Assembly: GCA_964187785.1 (NCBI GenBank) | Contig: OZ076409.1 | Coordinates: 34,102,001 to 34,166,000 of the forward strand | Origin: Amphiscolops sp. MND2022 | Taxonomy: Eukaryota | Length of the DNA stretch: 64,000 nt | Reading direction: 5' to 3' | Shown here: piece after piece, positions 58,018 to 64,000 of the stretch | Layout of the letters: each line of letters starts with the position of its first letter | Numbering within the stretch: the stretch's first letter is position 1 | Translations under genes and position numbers: made by a program | Notes under the pieces: model-generated | Told to the model about the DNA's origin: nothing | What the model saw: only the letters and a program-made list of their open reading frames with translations | The model's database searches: none

Positions 58018-61000
58018 CTAGTGGCTATTACAGATTCAAAAAAGGGTTTTACGGACACGTCGATATACCCAAAATACAAATTGACCGAACACTCGGATAC
58101 TGCACCCCAGCTTGGTTGGACGATATAATAATAGTAACACGCGGAAACAAACAGGATCACGAAAAGAAACTATTCGACATCCTAAACAAGCTAAAGAAAG
58201 CCGGTTACCAACCTAGCAAGAAAAAATTAGAAGTCTTTATGAAACAAACAAAATGGTTGGGCCATGAAATTGATGAAAACGGAAAAAAACGAACTGAGAA
58301 AAAGTAGGAGCCATCTTAAAATTGAACCCACCGGAGAATACCAAAGAGTTATAATCATTTCTCGGAGCAATAAAATTTATGGAAAAATTTCTAACGAATT
58401 ATTCGGAAAGAACAGACCAGCTACGGAAACTATTGAAAAAGAATGAAGCTAGGAATTGGGGAACCGAACAAGACGAAGATTTCGGAAATATAAAGCAGAT
58501 GCTAACCGAAGGCCCGTGTTTAGCCCACTACGCGAAGAACAAAGACAATATCGTAACAACAGATGCTAGCACAACCTGACTAGGAATTACACTATGGCAA
58601 AAACAAGACAACGGAAACACAAAACCGATAGCTTACGGAAGTAGGCATTTGAATGATACCGAAAAAATATTCCATCGGTGAGTTAGAATTACTGGCAGTA
58701 GTAAGGGGACTGGAGAAATTTCGATTTTATCTCTACGGCAAAAAGGTTCACCTATATACGGATCACCAAGCTTTAGAACCATTAATCAAAAGAAACCGGA
58801 GCAATAAACAAAACAGTGCGAAGTTAACGAAATGGTTAGACCGTCAACCGCATTTTGATTTATCAATACAGCATATAGTCGGCAGCAATTTGAAATTTTC
58901 CAATTCTCTCAGCAGAAATCTGGTAAGGGGAGCCACGCCGGAAGAAAATTACGATGAAGAATACGTAACTTATATACTTGCCGAACAAACCAAATAGAAT
59001 TTGAAATACGGGCAATTATTCGGGGAACAATCAAAACGCAACAATTGCATCACCGAAAGAATAAAGAACGATTCCGAACACAAAATTGAGCACAAAGCGG
59101 ACCAATCACAATTCAATGGATTGTTTGAGAACAAAAACCACGTGAACGAAACCGAACAAAGTGAGAGAACAACATCCGGGCAGTCTGATATTACCACTTT
59201 GAAAGACAGTCAAACATCAAAAAATGAAAACTTTGACAAAATGGACAGCGAAAACTTTTACCATTGGGGAGCTACCCGAGAAATAATGGATATTATTAGA
59301 AGGAGAAACAAAAGCCCGGAGACAAGAAGACTGGTTGAACAACGGAATGCGCTATCACGACCCGACACATTGAGACGCCGCTATGGCCAACAGACGCAAC
59401 GTACGGTTTTTGCTCCGTCCTGGCCAAACAAGCGCAGCAGAGAAGAAACCGCTGAAATTGATGCCGAATTATTCCGGAGAGCAAACAGACTGGGGGCGGT
59501 CATCAACCAATACTCGAAGTGCAAGACTAACAACCGGACGAAAAACGGGAAGAAGGAGAGCTCGATCAAGAAAACAAAAAAGACTTCATAATTATGCGGG
59601 GCGATTATTTACCGACTGTGGATTTGACTAAATACAGACGGCAAAGAAGCGAAGTATATCCAGATAAATCACATCGTCGGAAAATTTACCGCAAACAAGA
59701 AGGCATATCAAAAAAGCCGAATTTGAAATTTTGGTGGACCTGAAGACGCTGATATCGAAAGCAGCAATCGACCCGGAGCTAACTCGAGTAAGAACCAGTA
59801 TGCGCCGAGAAGACAGAGAAACCATACCGGACGGCTACCGGACAGTTTTCAATAAACTGCCAACGAGATGGGGCCTAGTATTCGTCGACAACCAAATCGT
59901 CGTACCCATCGACCTCAGACGGCGACTACTAGACATTCTACACTTCGGTCACTCCGGCATCACAAAAATGACATCCGACGCCAAATTATTCTGGTGGATG
60001 AACAAGAAACAAAACATCGGAACGCAAGTCAAGGATTGCACAGCATGCCTAGGATCAGATACAAATCTTAATTATCAATTACCGAAAAAACAATACGGAA
60101 AACCAAAGAAACTATCTGAACCCCGACAAGAAATACAAATTGACTTTACCGGAAAACTACACAATAAAAATCTAAGCTAAGACTGTTTCAGCTACGGATA
60201 GACAAAAAAGTCCAATCTATGTGGGCCGTGATGTGGAAGGTGAAATAACTAACCACATCATAATGGCGAAGACGAAGAACGAAGAAAAACAGATGGGAGA
60301 AAACATAAAGTCACTGAAGAAGAAAGATTGGGTTAGACCTCCCTCTTCCTTTGTCGAAAAAAAGTATAACAAAAATCCCGAGAAGGGAGGTTCCAAAACA
60401 AAATACAAACTGCAATAAACGGAATTGAGAGCACCGTAAAAACGGACACCGGGAAAATAATTAACCGAAAGTTTATTTCGGGACCACTATTTCAGACCGA
60501 GAAGAAAACACCAAGAGAGCCAGCTATCAATACCAACGGCGAGATCAATCCGAAAAAGACGCACTGCCTCCGAGGTCTTGATGGCAAATACGGCAGATGA
60601 GACGAAATACTCCGTGACATACTAAACGGAAAATTGAAGATCGTGCAGAACCGAAAGCAAACACGGAAGAAGACGACTGTGATGATGACGAAGAGATGCC
60701 GGAAGAAATTGGGCCAACAACACCGAAATTATATGATACCTCCCAACAAGACGGACGATTTGCTCCTATCCGGACAAACCCGGATGAGGACGCGCTACAA
60801 CTGCATACCGACGGTGAGATATCGGGTGAGAACTTAAAAACAAATTTAAGACGGTCACCCCGAGATGGTAAAAAAACCGAACAGATACGGTACCATACCA
60901 TATACTGGAAGTTTTTGGGGTTAGAAGAAAAATGACTAAAAGGAGATTGTATTTTTACAGGAATCTTGTGGACCCGAACAAAGGGAACGCCAATGCAGGA

Positions 61001-61094
61001 GAAAATTCAAAAGCCTGCGGATTTTCTGCCAGAAGAAGGAACGCCCCCAGGACCCTCAAACCAGAAGTAAGAAAGAGAAAAGAAAGAGGGGAAA

Positions 61095-61329
61095 TGTTAC
61101 ATTCGGGTTCACTCCGGTTCATGACCTTACCGAGATTCGATTCTAGAACTGCAAACTTTTAGTTATATGTCTAGAGTACCTGCTAGTGTTGATAAATACA
61201 AATTGCATCAGTACTAATTTAGATATTTCATTTACAATACTTTGATATCTACAGCCTAGACCTATACCAAAGAGATTCTTTTTTAGTAACCTTTCTTTTC
61301 TTAACTACTGAGTCTGTTAGAATAGAACA
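61095..61329 (+). repeat. 3' LTR of element 3
   Basis: TGTTACA...GAACA after the PPT, followed by the TSD ATTCA. Confidence 0.9.
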
Positions 61330-64000
61330 ATTCAATCCTGTCATACGACATGTTGATTCCAGAAATGAACAAAAAGTAACTAGCACTGTAGCAGTCAAAT
61401 AGAAACTACCAAAAGCCAAAAATAGGTTGTGAGTTTCATTAGTCTGTGCTGAATTACCATGCACTCAAACACATAGTAGTGTTTTCAATGATTACATTTA
61501 TCACCACTACCAGGTTCATAAATTTAAAACTCTGTATTTTGAAAATGTATTTTCACGGTCAGCCAAAAAGTTTTGCTAAAAACGGATATCGAATTCATTT
61601 TCAACTTTTCAACTACCTACGAAATTTATCAAGCGACTTTAGATAGTGATTTTGATGATGCTGGGAAAGGAAATTTAAAATTCTTGAAAACGGAATTAAA
61701 GGTTGTTTTGAAAACAACAAGTAACACATTACATCAGGAAACGACATTTATACACAATACTTGTTGTATTACTTGAGTAACATTATTCAACGATGTGTTA
61801 ACGTCAAGCAACGTACAAGTTTAGAAAACAAGTTGAAAAATAACGGGCATTGACATAACATACGTAAAACGGACGCTCTTATAATCCATCAAACATATTA
61901 CAATGATTATGGTATAATTTTTAAAAAACGTTGTTCAATAAAACTACCAAAATGCACTCTCATAGACTTTCGTCCAAAGTTCTCCCTGTCATTACAGTTT
62001 GATCATAAGCTGTGACCTCCTCGTTTAAATCATGTCAAAAACACTGTAATTTCATAATAATTCGTGAAATCTCAGCCTAAATATCATATTCCGTTCAAAT
62101 TCATCCTTAGTCGACGCAAGAAAATGATGAGGAAGTTATGATTTTCTTGAATTTGGCATAGTTCTTGACGTAACATCAATTTCAAGATTAGCTGATTTTT
62201 TCCGACGTAGTGCTGACGTAAGTTCTAAATCGATATAACTAGCATCTCCTACTGACGTAGTGCTAAAGTGCTGATAGGTCAAAAGAGCAAAAGAGTCTGT
62301 TGGTGATTGCCAATGCCGTTGGTAGGAAACGTGGGATCTTAGAGATACGGCGTCTCTTGAAACACACTGTTGAAGGATTAGGACATTGAGAACCGCCAAA
62401 AATGGCAATCACATTTCCTCGTCCTCCTCATTGGATATCAATGTACAGAGTCATCCTGGAAACCGTTTCATGACAACACTTTGATTTTATGGTAACAACA
62501 CAATAAATTAGGAAGTTTTGAAAAGGAAGTATTCAGGTGCAATCAATTTTATGTATACACAGGATTCTTTTTTCGAAATTTTAATAAACTTTACAAATTT
62601 TTACATAGTAAGTTGAGAGTCTTCCAGGATCTTCTCCAAGGTATCTTCTGTTTGAATGTTTTCCTTGAATAATTTAACCAACTTGAGAAGATGAGAAGTA
62701 AATTCAAAAATAACGATTCCTTTGGATGTGCTCAAATTTGAAAAGCCGAGTCTGTATTGGTTTTAAATGATCTTCGTTTGATTTAACTTTATCAAGATAC
62801 CATGAAGGAACATCGGTTCACCAAAACAAATATATACAGCAAGCGGATCATCTCTAATGAACTAGTTTGAGTTTAAAAATAGTAAGGTTATGGTTTAAGT
62901 TTAAAATAGTAGTTACGCAAAACAATTTTTAGTTACGTTATGTAAAAAGCACAAACTTCTTATTTAAAGTTACTTAGTTTTTTCACAACGCACAAAAAGA
63001 AGTCTCATTTTGATCATCTTTGGTGAACAAGATTGCAACATACCATAATACTGCATTCAAGATCCAACTTCGGAAAGTGCACATCCGGTATTGTTATGAC
63101 TCGTGAAAGGGATGCCGATGCGAAACACAGAGCAGAAATGCAAAATTGGCCTTCAAGACCGCCCAAACTTTCTAAGTATGAAAACCAATTCTGTTAGAAA
63201 CTTGTGTAAGAATCCTGATAAAGTGTTGTTCATTTAAAGCTCGTACAAACTTTAGAAGTTTGATACTGTCCCTGGTGACAAAATTGTGCTTGGTATGTCT
63301 ACGGTTTTCACAACGGCAGGAAACGCTTGAAGACATTGTCCATTCCGTGTTCACGAATAACATACCTTGTTACTGCCGCGTAGGAATTTCAATGCACTCG
63401 GTATCAAAAAAATGTAGTGTCATTGATGTCTTAAGCAACGTTTCGAGATAGACGTCTAGGTGTGGACCCATTGCTGGTTGGATATTACAGAAGGTCGTCT
63501 CGTTGTCAAAGATTGATTCCTCTTTGAATATGATCAAACATCCTCGAGCCATTCTTTCAGTCATAGATTTCAAATTGACGTAGCTGGCCCATTTATAGTG
63601 CCACATCTGCAGCATGGAGCTTGGTCACGTCTTAGTTGGTGTAATCGCAATGTCTAAGCTTGTTGAAAACTAGTATTCGGTGGTAACTATCTTGTGTATT
63701 GTTTCTGACCTTATGGTGATGTTGAATCTTTTGGTTGAAAAAATTGTTCAACGGAGCAGGTATTTTGTCAACACAATGGTTGCTCTTTTATGATCGCTAC
63801 CACATTCCCCCGCCGGCAATTGACGGTTAGGAATTGTTGTTTACACTACAAGTAACAAGAACATAATGTACAAAGTTAATGAAGTAAGCAAGTTAATAAA
63901 ATGTCACTACTAAGAGTTTCAACGATAGAGAGTATATTTTGGTTTTGACACTCCACATATGTACACAGGAAGACCGTATCGATCTGGTGCCTTCCTGGCC

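Larger units (their letters stand above)
55586..61329 (+). mobile_element. Decayed Ty3/Gypsy (Mag-like) LTR retrotransposon 3
   Basis: LTRs 55586-55818 and 61095-61329, TSD ATTCA, PBS TGGCGCAGTCAG (55819, Ser-like), PPT 61076-61094. Fragmented gag (CNKCGKKGHFAKAC), IIDTGS protease, WLDD RT, TTDAS RNase H, HHCC integrase with deleted core. Confidence 0.92.

Noticed and set aside
62130..63700. Broken - strand coding-like frames
   Set aside because: Multiple stops and no family recognised; may be an old pseudogene or TE, but this cannot be supported without a search.

Overview
This is AT-rich, intron-containing eukaryotic DNA, probably from an invertebrate animal (inference), and it is dominated by transposons. 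Host genes: a 4-exon UDP-glycosyltransferase (12415-14968), the terminal exon of an FSIP1-like gene (18103-19504), a 7-exon PIG-T gene (22489-29077, with a Tc1 element and a hAT-type MITE in its introns), and a disrupted Ubl-Ubl-ADP-ribosyltransferase gene (about 53330-54306). There are three Ty3/Gypsy LTR elements. (1) A + strand element whose 5' LTR lies outside the window; its uninterrupted 2770-codon gag-pol ends in two tandem TARG1/OARD1-like macrodomains. (2) A complete 16.3-kb - strand element (31761-48049, TSD ACGAG) with 2.5-kb LTRs and a -1 gag/pol frameshift. Between pol and the 3' LTR it carries an antisense, 7-coding-exon, BED-finger/hAT-transposase-like gene and a divergent acidic ORF, separated by a CRE-repeat array. 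(3) A decayed element (55586-61329, TSD ATTCA). Also present: a FLYWCH/MULE remnant, a Helentron/DINE-like element with a tRNA-like head, several MITEs, tandem repeats and one assembly gap. The best candidates for new biology are the spliced antisense cargo module of element 2 and the macrodomain-tailed integrase of element 1. All homology calls were made by eye from remembered family motifs, not from searches.
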